A stretch of 63,579 bases of DNA, the filler included, from Phoronis australis (Eukaryota; Animalia; Phoronida), in the NCBI GenBank assembly GCA_002633005.1. It is 5 parts of 5 records of this genome, joined end to end, with 100 filler letters (N's around TTAATTAATTAA, not from the genome) between each part and the next. Parts side by side here need not be neighbours in the genome. Positions count along the whole stretch, not along the records: positions 18,271 to 36,705 come from NMRA01000196.1; positions 36,806 to 49,175 come from NMRA01001644.1; 3 more parts are not named here. One strand, given 5' to 3'. The position numbers and the translations under genes were made by a program. A model generated the notes under the pieces. The model worked only from the letters and a program-made list of their open reading frames with translations. It ran no database searches and was not told where the DNA came from. How positions within the stretch are numbered: the stretch's first letter is position 1; each line of letters begins with the position of its first letter. This document shows positions 36,183-49,275 of this stretch, piece after piece.

Positions 36183-36461
36183 ATGGATCCCAGTGAGTAC
36201 AGCAGCGTAGATGAAGAATATTTTGAAAGATACAGGGAGGGTCAGGTGGAGTTTTCAGACGATTCTGACGTTTCGGATGTGGAGGAGGAGGCAACAGACC
36301 CCATAGAAACAATTTGTGCTCACACCTTCTCTCTGTCTAGTAGAACCGTTTTCCTTCGATTCCCTTGCTCCGGTTGTCGACGATCCAGCCCCAGCCGGTT
36401 CGTGCAGTGAATATCAACGGGCAGAAGGTGCGCAGGAGTTGCGACAGAATGTTAGAGACTG
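36183..36461 (+). pseudogene. First exon of a KolX / P2X7-ballast-like gene (frameshifted), probably in a Kolobok-like element cut by the spacer
   Basis: Acidic N-terminus MDPSEYSSVDEE..SDDSDVSDVEEE; shifted frame VEPFSFDSLAP..ELRQNVRD-W split at TG|gtaaga; TTAA|AG at 35944 as candidate left end. Confidence 0.5.
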
Positions 36462-36705
36462 GTAAGAATATTATAAATATGCATCATGCTACCGCGAATT
36501 ACTACTTGGTCTTTTTTAATTTTAAGCTCAGTAGCTTTACCGGTCACTCCCAGGCGCTCTCGTCCCCACTGATGAATCATTTTTCTGCCGTGGATAAGTA
36601 CCAGTTTCAGTGATAAAAAAATGGGACTTGTTGCACTTACGCAAATCACTCAACAATGTGTGGTCTTTGATTATTTGTAGACAGTGGCGCATTGGTTTGG
36701 GCCCC

Positions 36706-36805
36706 NNNNNNNNNNNNNNNNNNNNNNNNNNNNNNNNNNNNNNNNNNNNTTAATTAATTAANNNNNNNNNNNNNNNNNNNNNNNNNNNNNNNNNNNNNNN
36801 NNNNN
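36706..36805. other. Artificial assembly spacer
   Basis: N44-TTAATTAATTAA-N44. Confidence 0.95.
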
Positions 36806-39005
36806 TCTACATAAAACTCCCTTTAAAAGGGTAAGCGGTGACATATTCATGTATGAATCCACATTATGACAAAGATGTTAGATCTATCTGAACTAACAAT
36901 ACATATGAAGATCAATCGTATGTACCATACAGTCGACACCTTTCAGCGCCACTTTTGAGAACGTATGACAAGATACAATTTTCAGATGTTCCCGGTGAAC
37001 AGTAGACTGGATTGGGCAATGTTTTTTACCCCATTTAGCACAGAGGTGTGAAAATCACCAACATTTGGCAAACACAGTTGTCTATAAACAAAATTGAATT
37101 GTCCATTTCCGCACAATTTTGTTGCAGTAATTGTGTTTAAATTTGTCATTTTTAATACTCTGCAATGTTTAAAATCGCCAATTGGTAAAATGACCTCAAA
37201 ACAAATGCCCAATCCCACCTACTGTCACTGAGAACATCTGAAACTGGATAACAGAAACTTACAGGAGTTTGAAAAGACATGTCCTCAGAGGTGTCACTGA
37301 AGAATGCCTACAGTGCCCAGACTAATGCAGACACAAATAACTGGGAAGCCTGTTGCCTGTCTGAAATTTCAATAACCAAGTTCCAAAAAGATATGATCAG
37401 CAATATTTCCAGAAAAGTTTTGCTAAATCAAGATTGAGAGACCTCTGTTTTTCTTTATTAAAACACTGTTCATTTTATCCTGTCCCACTCACAAGCTAAT
37501 TAGAATAACAATTACGGTAAGTGTACAGTCAAATATTGTAAGCCACCAGGGCCCTGGCTCGTCTCTTTATTCAATAATCCACCACACAACTAGCAATTTG
37601 CATTGTACGAACAGAATCAATACAAAAACAAGGCAAATAAATAATCATCAACATCATGATTATATATGGTGTCCAAATGCAAAACGAAATCTCAGTTACT
37701 ACTTCAAACAAAGATGGTAACTGCACGTGCCTGTAACTGCAATAGTCCACACCCAGCCAGTCCTGATGAAGGGGGTTCATTATACCTGTTATAACTGCCA
37801 GACAAACCGCATAAAGAGAAGCGCATGCTCTTGTGGAGATATTGAATTTGCAGCCAATAAGTTATGCATCAGAATGTGATTAGCTATTATCACAGCAGTT
37901 ATACTCAGAGGCATATTCCCATCGGAACACTGCGCCATCAAGACTAGAAGACCTCAATCAAGGCTACAGTTTTGTGCCTATACAATGATTATGTGTAGGT
38001 TCAGATGTATGGGAAGTTAACGTTGTTATTGTTATTAGCAAGTTACCTTTTTAACACGTCACAGGTACTACAGATTCATACCTGCAATAATTTGATTGCT
38101 TTTCGTGTACGTCTGCTCATCAGTTAATTACTTGGTGAAATGAAATCTCTCCAAGTAGGTTGATTTGTCACATTTATTTCTTTGTTTGCATGCTGCAGAT
38201 TGCAATTCTTATGAGATCAACGGGAAATTTACGCACAGCATGTGTCCTGTGAATGGCTCAAAGCCGATTGCTTTTAATTGAAATCGGATACAAGATGGTG
38301 CTGTGGCAGCCATTTTTGCGTATATTCATTTGTGGAGCCATAGCTCCACTGTTTCTGGTGTGATTTTTCTTTTTTTTCTGTGGATAGATGATTTCAAGAG
38401 CTATCGCAAGCATTTTATTTATTTTTCTCTAGCTCTTACCATTCTTGAGTTACGACATTTTCTAACGACTAGTCTCCAAAATAACTGAATTTATTTTTGT
38501 GCCGTATCTTCGGCGTCCCTCGACAGAACTGTCTTAAATTAGGTATGTGGATAGATCTTTTCAGGCTCTATCAGCGCAATGAAACCCACGTCTTGCTACG
38601 ACATTTTGTTCTAGCGATATTCGAGATTTACTACCCAGATGACTGCTCTTTTGTTGGCGTTATTTATAGCTGCACTTTGCTAGCCTATCATTTTGTGCTA
38701 GAGATCGCATTTATGTCTTATCTACATGAAAGTTACCTATCGTGCTTACTTAGTCAGTGAATGGCCCGAGGACTTTTATTCTTGGGCGAAAAAGGACCCA
38801 AGGTGGCACTGAGACGGCCATTTTTGGAATTATGTTTGTGGAACTCTAGCTGGGCGATCCTGTGACCGAACCTTTTCAAATTTGGTATGTAAATAGATCT
38901 CATTATGGGCTATCTAATAGGTTGGTTTTGTCATCCACTTGACGTTATAATTTTAAGAGTTAACCTACTATTTCCTCACAAAGGAACTAAATAAAATAAA
39001 AAACA

Positions 39006-40402
39006 TACCATATTCGCCATAACAACTGCCCAGGGCGCTTAGAAAAGTTCGGTTCAGGGGGGGCGCTTATTATAACCCAAGGCGGTTGAAACCCGGTCTC
39101 CGAAACGGGTGAAATCAGAAGTTAAGATTCATCAAATTTACGCTCTGTGACGTATCTTTAATCTATGAAAGACTTTCAACAAAGCTGTGGTGCATTGCTA
39201 TCAAACTTTGCTGCTAAATTACGATCACACAGAAAATTGTGCTGAAATCCCAGGGCGAAAACTCGCCGACTGACTGCCTCGAAATCGCCGTCTTCGATAT
39301 GGCGACTTCAATGCTTGAATAAAAATGGTTTCGACTCAAGCAAATTACCTGAAATCCTCATTAAGTTTTATAAGTAGCGTCTCTAAGATTTTTTAAGTTC
39401 CCGTGGAGTCTGGATTAACGGCAAGTTTAGGTACAAATCTGTGCAACATCGTTCCATCTACATGTATGATCGGCAACACGGCGAGAAAAATGTCTGGACG
39501 AACACACATGTTGTTGTCACGTGACGTTTGTTTTGATGTTAGTCTGCGAGTAAGCAAGCACGTGCGTGTCACCAGAGTTCATTTGTCAAAGCAGAGACCG
39601 TCTTTTGGCCAGAGCCACGCAATCTAACGAGCTAGATGTGTATTGTGTCTAAACAAATTTGCACAAGCAGTTGGCCTAAACCAGAGCGTGTTTCATTCAG
39701 CACTTACCGATCTCATGTGCTAAAAACGTTCAACATTTGTCTCGGTAAGGCCCATATTAGTCACCATGTAGCTGACAGTTATTTTTCAGTGTAAGGGTGT
39801 GTAAGCATTCACTGTCAGTTGTCATTTTATCGGATATTCGGCTTAAAAACACCAATGATGGTTAATCAAACAATCTATCTCAAAAATAACGCAAACATGT
39901 TTTATAGTATTAGAAATTGTCGGAAATTAGTGCCAATATTCATTTCTTATCGATGCTATGCTACCCGTTTCATGAATGGATAGTTCCCGACTAATGTCTT
40001 TGATGACAGGTTCATATATGTAGCGCGCGCTTCCAGGCCACGTGCGTTTAACGGTCGAGTTATTTTTATTCATGAGACAGTCGATGTGTCTGTACTGAAA
40101 GGTCAGACCATAGTGGAACACAGTCGTTGCGAGAGTAGCAACGCACTGTTGCGTTCTTTTTGAAGCGCTGCGTTACTTTGAAGTGTATAGTCACGGCTAA
40201 ATGTAGCAGTGCCGCTGGTGGTCTAGAAGACCCGTGCAAATTTTTTTTGATAAATTGAAGACGTTACTGTAGCCGAGTTTTAGGACTGTAGGTACGTTAT
40301 TCGCATGTACACGTTCATGGACTGGGCGCTTATTTCAGCAGTCTGAAAACGCGTGGGGGGGCGCTTATAGGGGCATGGGCGGTTATTATGGGAAATACGG
40401 TA
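39006..40402. mobile_element. Tc1/mariner-type non-autonomous element, copy 1
   Basis: TA-flanked ends taccatatt / aatacggta with subterminal gggcgctta repeats; collinear with 41107-42481. Confidence 0.75.
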
Positions 40403-41106
40403 ATTAATACAACTGTAAGGGCTGGACAACAATGCTAAAATTGATGGCCTTTTGATTTTGATATTCTTTCTACTTGCTGATACTCTGAACAACATGTTAA
40501 AGGATACAAATCATTTTCTGCCGGGATATACAAAGGTTCGACACATATTTATAGCAATATTGAATAACTTGGGTTTATATACTGAACTTCTATTCAAAAA
40601 GATGAACATATTAATATTTACACTCAAACATTTATCCTTGTGACCCCTCAGATACACATGCTTCAACTGCTAAATTTTTACAAAGATGTAATGTCAGAAA
40701 AAATGTTCTAGCCGGAATCAAACCAGGGGCCCTCAGCATTGTTTAATTAACTGCCATCCTTCAATAAGATAATGCTGCAAAACCAAATCATAACCGATAT
40801 CAGTAGACTTTAATTTCCTTAAAAACAATTACAGAGAATGTACCAATAGCCCTGACATGGTGACTACTCAAATGAACAGCAATTTATGTATGCAATGAAC
40901 TAAAATTAACAATGATTTATGCAAGCAGAGACAACACCTTTGTGTCCTGACACGGAACTGCAATTTCTAATCAGAAATAGTTCTTGCATGCTAACTGCCA
41001 GCAGCAATTTGTCTTAGGATAGCAGACAAACACTGAAGCTACTGCAGTAATTACCTTTAGTTCCGATGACACACTCTAAGCTCACAAGCCAATTCTCGTA
41101 GTCTCC

Positions 41107-42481
41107 TACCGTATTCACCCTAATAATTGCCTATGCGCTAAGAAAAATTCGTTTCATATTGTAACCTAAGGCTGGTGAAACCCGGTCTTCGAAACCAGGT
41201 GAAATCGGAAGCTAGGATTCAACAAATTGATGTTCTGTTGATTTTCTACAAAACTGGGGTACATTGCTACCAAACTTCATTGTTAAAGTAGATCGTTTTA
41301 CACAAAATTGTGCTGAAATTCCAGGGCAAAACTCGCCGATGCATCACTGCCTCGCGATCGTTCATATGGAAAATTGAATAAAAATACAATTTTGACTGAA
41401 CAAATTACCTGAAATCCTCACTTAAGTTATCCAAATAACGTCCTCTAAGATTTTCAAGTTGTTGTGGAGGTTAACTCCAAATCTGCGCAAGATTGTAGCC
41501 CGCAATATGAGAAAAATCTCTAAATGAACCCACGTTGTTGTCACATGACGTTTATTTTGAAGGTCGTCTGCGTGTGTTAGTGAGCGAGCTCGTGCATGCT
41601 ATCAGTACTCATTTGCCAGAGTAAACGCAATGAAACAATCTAGGTGTGCATATTAATTAAAGAAATTAACGTGTTTTATTTAGCAGTTGCTGGTCTCATC
41701 TACTATTAAAACGTTTGAGATTGTCTCGAACAGGCCGAATATACTGTCATTGAGTCGCCAGGTGACTGGATGCGTGACCGTGTGACAGCTGTTTTAAGTT
41801 CCATGAGATTCGGGTGTAAGGGTGCAAAAGTTTTTTACGGTATTAGGAACTTTCGGAAATTTGTGCGGATGCTATGTTATCCCTTGTGTCATGAATAGAT
41901 CGTTCCTGAAGACTAATGTCTGCGGTAACAGGTATGTAGCACATGCTTCCTGGCCATGTGCTTTTACCACCAAGTTCTTTTTTATTCATGAGACGGTCGT
42001 CAGCTGATTGGCACGCTTCAATTCTCAGTTTTCACGTGTACTAAGAAATTTGCAATCCCACTGAGGTTAATAAAACTGGCAATTCCTCTTAAAAATAACG
42101 CAAAAGTGTACGTGAAACATTCAATCCCGTTGACAAGTACGCTGTGTCTGTCTGTAAGGCCAGACCATAGTTGTACACATTCCTCGCGAGATCATCAAAA
42201 CTTGCGTTTTTTTTAAGCACGTCGGAAATTTTAAGTGTGTTGTCACGGCTAAATACCGACACAGTGGCGGGGCTAGTGGTCTAGAAATCCCGCCCACAAT
42301 GATTTCTTCAGGACTATCAGATCTTGTTGATAAATAGAAAACATTACTGTAGAAATTTAGGACTGTAGGCGAGTCATTTTTTGCATGTACACTTTCACGG
42401 GGTGAGCGCTTACTTCAGCGAAGTCTGAAAACGCGTGGGGGGTGCTATAGGGCATGGGTGCTTATTGGGACGAAAACTGTA
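41107..42481. mobile_element. Tc1/mariner-type non-autonomous element, copy 2
   Basis: Left end taccgtatt; shares blocks such as caaattacctgaaatcctca, tttttattcatgagac and gtctgaaaacgcgtgggggg with copy 1. Confidence 0.75.
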
Positions 42482-45400
42482 TTTAAAGGACTTGTATTTT
42501 CCAACATGACCCAGGACTCAGCTTTTCTAAATGGCTAGATTGTAATTAAAGTGACCAGTTACATTTTCACGTGGCTTACAGCAAAGAAACAGAAAATTCA
42601 AGCCATTATAGAAACTCAAAAATTGAAGGCTCAATGCTCATCCCACATTCATTTTCATTTAGAAGATAGATGGATCAGGGGCATTCCATTACGATAAAAT
42701 TTCATCAATTCAGGACACAGTACCTGAGACAGGTATTTTATCACTATTTCTACCAATGAGAAATGGGATTAAACAGATGCTTGTCACGTTCAGGACTATA
42801 GCTACCCTCAGACAAAATAGAAACCTAAACATGAATTTGGGTAACATTACATTTTATAAACAAGGCTCTCATGTCAAAGTACATTTTTCTGGGAACACAT
42901 AAAGCCATATATGAAAAGTTTGCTAAATGACCAATTGTATACGTACATTTACCAGTACATTTACCGCATATTACTTGTTTTTCAAGACTTAAGGTCTCAA
43001 AAAAGGATCAGACTTGGCCACAAAGCCATTACAGACAAACATCTTTAGACCTCAAACAGCTGTTGAGTAGTACTATATTTCACAATATCACATTCTTTAT
43101 CTTCAGTGTTTCACTGGGTTTTACAACATTCTAGCTTGGTCCAAAAATCATTTCAACCATTCACAATATTCAGTGAATCCTGGTATCTCTTACTCAACTC
43201 AAGTTGTTTAGAGCAGCATCAAGCGGTGGGAATGCTAACAGTGAATTAATTCTTGGGCCACAGCTACAAGCACACCCTCACTTAGCAGTAAACAGGTGGA
43301 TGCAAAGCGTAAACAAGTCACTACAATGGGAACGCTTCACTTCCGCTTCACTTCCGTGCATTACAATGGGAATGCTTCTCTTCCGTGCATCAAAAGTAAA
43401 AGTAGGGGTCGTTATGAACAACGACAAATGTTACATTATATTAAAGATTCGCAAATACTTTTTATTCACATTAATACCACAAGCAGTCCCTTTCAGTAAT
43501 TAACTAAACCCTTTCCACTTTTGATATTTACAAAAAATACACACAATAAAAAATATGAGTTCAAAATCACAGCGCTACCTTGCAATAATTTCGCTGACCC
43601 TGGTATCTCTAGGCAATAACACGGATGCCGGTGGAGTCCCCCCNCCCCCATTATAAGAAACCAGTTGTTTACATGCACACAGTAACAGATTTGACTAGAT
43701 ACAGAGTGGTCCAGTACTGCGCATTCATTCCATTCACTAGCATTCACATTGTGGCATGTACTCCTCAGCCAAGTCTACATATTTCAACCAGCTTATAATC
43801 ATTACTACCAGGATATACTTGGTACATACCAAGTGGTAGTCACCAGAGCAAGTATGTACCAAGTGCAGCAGCTACCAGTGCATTACACAGGGACCTTTGG
43901 CAGCTTTACTAGCCTAACATGTGCTCATAAGGGAAGTAGGTATTAGTGTAATGTTTATCTGACAATACTTAGTAGAAATAAAAATAAAGACCACATACTA
44001 ATTACACAAATCCTTTGAGCCTTCAGAACTGTGCAGTATACATGTATTCTATTTCTAATATGCATATACTATACAGTTGTTGAGTCAATGCAGAGGTGGG
44101 TGGGTGGGGGGGGGCAAGGGAATTGGAGACAGTGCCTTCACTTGCAACTTTGTACATCCTGCGGTTTTACATAATATTGAGAAACAGACAGAACTCGGAA
44201 TCGGATTCCTTTCACAGTATTAGAGGTTTCGAACAGAATTTATACATTTCGATAGCAGCTACCATTATTTTATTATGTTTTCGTTTCTATAACCTGGCAA
44301 CAAACCGATAGACGAACATTTTGCAGCAGACATGTTCCAGGTAGTTCGTTCATTCTGAAGGTGGTCCCTGTTCATTTCCTGTTTTGAGACACAATAAACT
44401 TGGCGTGCAGCAAGTTATTGCTGACGGAACTGCAGCATATTTCAAAAGAAAACGCAAGACAACTCCAGAACATCTTAAATTACAATTTTGAGATAGTAAA
44501 ACGGCATTTGAAAATTTACAAAACGGAAAAAACAGAATTTTATGTTGCTACAACTAGCAGACCCAGCGAGGTCACCATACCTTATAAACCACATAATGTT
44601 TTTTCCTGCTTGTTATGAATTCTGGGGATGTCCAGCACATTCAAGTGGCTTTCAGTGACCAGACTTGGTATATAGGTATGTACGTGTGTGTTTATTTACA
44701 CAGACCACAGCTGAGGACATATACATAACAGATGGACTACATTTCCTAAGGCATTTCTGGCATAGATAGAAACCAATCAGTGCTTAATCCCTAACTTGCT
44801 AAGTGATGGGTGAGAATGTCAAAAGCCAGTAGATATATAGGTACAGCAGATATCTATTGTACATACTGTATTTCATTTCAATTTGACCACCCCCCCACAC
44901 ATAACTGGCTAAAGTAAAAACGCAAGCAATTTTGCCAGTAGTAAAAGGTCAGGGTCACTTTTGCTGGCACCTTTCTGGTGACTTGAGTTAACCCAAAACT
45001 GCAGGTATTTTCATTAGCTCTGTGGGTATTCAGTCAGACTTTTCAAGAGACACCCATGCCCATGATTTAAGCAGCATTTACATATGAATATTACATTTAC
45101 CCACCCAGACCAGCCACCATAGTAATGTGCAAAAATTACCTCCAAAATTTTGTATGCGAGCGTACGTCATGCTATCTTTCTTGTTCCGAGAGAATGTGTT
45201 GGATTTCGGTAACCCCCCTCCCCAGACCGATTAAAACCTTCCAATCTCCCTACGGCCACATTTTGGGAATAGAATTAAAACACTTCATGTATTGTGCTCC
45301 ATGGCAAATGGTGCGACGCAATGTTATGAAGTGCGCATGCGTTTGGTGAACCAGGTCTGGTATCTGCAGGTGGCCTAAGTGATATATTGCAGTTGTCAGA

Positions 45401-48400
45401 TTTTGCTCATTTTTAACTGGTAACAAAATGACAATTAAAGGTACGTTGAAATGACGATTAGAATAGCGATCAAAATGGAGATTAAAACGTCCATGTGAAC
45501 AGGCCGATAGTGGCCTTGATTTGGGCCTTTGCTTATTGTTGCATATCCTCTAGCGCCACCTATGCTGAAAAGTGGACCTGTGGAAACATGATGAACGACA
45601 CACGGAATTCCATGTGTGGGCATCAATGCGCATGCCTTGGTCGGAAGTATATCGATCACATTGCCACCACTCGCACACGCCTTATGCACTGTGCTTGTTT
45701 GGGCTTAAGCCACTGGATAGGGGTTCCCGTGATTTTATTTACTTTGATCACTACCTGTTTTAATAAATTGCAGCTATTCAAGTCAAAAGTGGTCGCAGCA
45801 AACTGAAAGGGGATTCCTAGACTTCAACCAATGGGAATGACTGAAAGATATCACGGTTTCAATACTTTAACCACTGAGAAGCCATCTTAAACAACATTCC
45901 ACAGTGCTACCTTTCGTAGCACTGTAAAAGAGTGTAATTGTTGTAGTAATCCATCACTGCAGTGAGTAAACGTTCTTTTTGCTTTACAAGAAGTTCCGGT
46001 AGTGAGAAAACAGTTATTAACTGATGGCAAAAATTACCCCAACGCGGACAGCACATCTGTCTGGCTAAAATGGCTGCGTTTTCGCAGGTGAAATACCACT
46101 AGCAATATTGCCACGATATGTGAACCTAGTATAAAAAAATTCAATTACAAATCAGCAGTTTGCACAGTCTTTTGTTCACATCCTCAGAAGATAAGACAGT
46201 GCCAGATCTTTCCTCAAGACATGTCATATAGCTGCAATATGTGCTGGCAAAATAGGGGAAGTGAAGCAAACTTCTCTTAGGTCTTTTTAGACAGCAAGCA
46301 GTCCTCACCAAATTTCTTGATCTGAATCGAGACCATTTTAGTGGTCAAAATAAATAAGGAACAGGACTGCAACAGGAAGTTAGAACAAAATCTCCTGTGC
46401 AAGTGTTACAGACCACACCATTAGGTAATTTTATGATTATATTAAATTATAAGGACCTGCTCACTCAATGACCCTGCTTTTCAGCTCTCCAAGTTAAAGC
46501 CCATTTTTAATTCAATACACATACACAGACATAATGTTGCCAAAACTCCTTAATGTCTGAAATACAAAGCAATGTTCTTTCCTGAACTCTAGTTTACATG
46601 TTTTAATAAAGCAACTATTCCAGTGTTACACCTAATTAATAGCCATTCTTGGTCAATTGGGGGAATGATCAAAGAATGCCTAGAATGAGGCTTCCCTTAC
46701 CCAAGGTATTCAGGTATTCGCAGATCTACCAGCTGCAGTCCAGTTGGAGTAAGAAAGAATACTTAAGGAATCATGACATTCCTAGATTCCGCTGGTTTAA
46801 AAACAAAATACACTATGGGTGGAAAATTGACACATCAACCAGAGATTTTCACGAAATATACTCAATGGTGTTTTGGAAAAACAAGCTTTGTTTGAATATT
46901 TACATGATAAGGAAGTTTTACTTTGGGGTCATAGAAAATACAAAAAAATAACTTTATGCAGCAGTGCTTCATCAATGTAGACAAATGTAACTTGTATTTA
47001 TGATGACATGCGACTTTTACTTCTAATAGAGCTAGAAAAAACAACCAATATGATGAAATGGCATGCATAGACAACATGGCAGCAAAAAGCATATATTATC
47101 TAATACATGTAGGTACGTTGTGGATAGTCCATCAACATGAGGCTTGAATGTATCAGACATCATTAGTCATGATAACACACATAGCTAGCCACTATATTTA
47201 TGTATTAACCCACACTGGTATGAAAATCCGTCAATATTCAGAACCAGCCACAGATTTAAGTCCCCAAAATGAGGGGCCAAAGTTCATAGACTGCAAGACG
47301 TTAGCTCTCGATTATTAAACAGAAACGACTAAGTCAATTCCACAATTGAACACTCTAACCTTGCCGACCAATCACTTCAATGGCTGCAATTTTGCTAGCA
47401 TAGGCTTGGGTAAGCTCCAGAGCATTCATGCCTCTCACCCGCGTGATTTTGTGAGATCTTGCATTTTCATAAGAAACTAGATTTACGAAATACTCTTACG
47501 ATACCTGTAGGTCAAAGGTCATCCGTCTAAATAAGTTCGATAAAGAGCTTAAGTTTCAGAGCTATATTTATATGACTTGCTCTTGATTGAAATGGTGTGG
47601 TATTTGACATGCAGAAATCCTTTAAAGAGATTATCAGAAATAGCATTATGACAATATCATTGTCTCGTGTAGAACGCAAATAATAAATGCCAACTTGAAC
47701 AAAATCGAACAAAAAGTCAATGAATAGCACTGACTTATCTATAACATAAGATTTTGTTATAAGATATCATGACTATGCATAGCAGTCTGTCTGTGCCTTT
47801 GTCTAAGTTCATGTTCACCTGGCAGAATGTAACCTGAAACGATTATGCATTGTGCGCTAATGCTCATAACCCTAACACCCGATTCAGACATGCAGATATA
47901 ACACAGATTCAGTTCAAGAAAAACTGGGGGGTATCTGACAACTCATCACAGGACAACAATTATGTTTCATGTTTTTGAACTTGTCACATTGATAATCACA
48001 AGCCAAGTGGAGGAAATCATTCAGATAGCCATGCACATTTCATTAGGGAAGTTGCCATGCAATCTACAAGAGCATCAGATCAGAATTGTCATCAGGTGCC
48101 AGACCAGTGAATGACAACAAAGGACAATATTCAGGGCATGTATCACACATGAGTGAAGTGGCAGTCTGTGCTTAGTTAAGTGCACAGATGATAATTACTT
48201 GGCTTATGAGCTTGGGTTAACACCCTGGGGACCTGAACTGGCGAGCCTGAAAACCGAGGGGAGATTAACCATAGATGGCGGTCTAACTCGAAAATTTTAA
48301 GAAATGGGAGTGGGTGCTTACAAGAACATGGCCGCTCAACTTGAGGCAGACAGTCGCACTCAGGACACCTATGACCTTCGCAACTGAAGTTTGAAGACCA

Positions 48401-49175
48401 GAAGTTCAAAGACTTTGCTGAATGGCTTGTTGCCGATGTGAAATTTGAATCAGCACACTTTAACAGACATATGTATAAGAGAAGTAAGTATGCAACTTGC
48501 AATAGGAGAAAATACACAGTAAAAAAATTCCCCTAAATTTCAGGGCTGACCATCCATATCGATGCCATCTTAGTCATTGAACTTGCGAAGTCGGACCAAT
48601 GCAAGCCCAAATTAAGAGGCAGTCCATATAAAAACCAGTAGATTTTCAAAAATCAGTCTATACGTCAAAATTTAAAACAACTTCATTTTTTGTACATGGG
48701 TAGGTATCCTAACAAAAACCCAAATGCCAAATTTTGCGCACTCAATGACCCCTAATTTCGCCGCTGGAGCATGATAACACAAATTGGCACAATTGGGCAT
48801 ATTAGCCGTCTCAAAAATCGCATGTTTTCAGCAACAAAAATGAGTAACATACAAAATAGATCAAAAGCTATATTTTGGTGGCTGAAATAACCAACGTATA
48901 CTGTGCATAATTCTGTGCCATTTATTAAAATCTAACAGTTTTATGCTAGACAGGGGAGATAATCCACAGACCACTTTTTGGGGCTAATTTTAGTGGCCAT
49001 TTTTGTGACCTTCTTACTGCCATAAAACACCTTGTAGCCTTATGTGACGTTTTGAACATACAGTTAAAGAGTTAGTCTTGATGACTGAGCAATAAAAAAT
49101 CTTGCCTCAACTTTGCACTTTAGTGAAAATTGTCTTGCAAAACTGTCTATTTTCATAGTTTGGAAATGACGAGCA

Positions 49176-49275
49176 NNNNNNNNNNNNNNNNNNNNNNNNN
49201 NNNNNNNNNNNNNNNNNNNTTAATTAATTAANNNNNNNNNNNNNNNNNNNNNNNNNNNNNNNNNNNNNNNNNNNN
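49176..49275. other. Artificial assembly spacer
   Basis: N44-TTAATTAATTAA-N44. Confidence 0.95.

Noticed and set aside
37262-46791. Minus-strand segments with good splice sites (about 37262-37360, 37786-37977, 43194-43263, 46701-46791) as further vinculin exons
   Set aside because: The frames I translated have stops and none resembles vinculin; at most non-coding exons.
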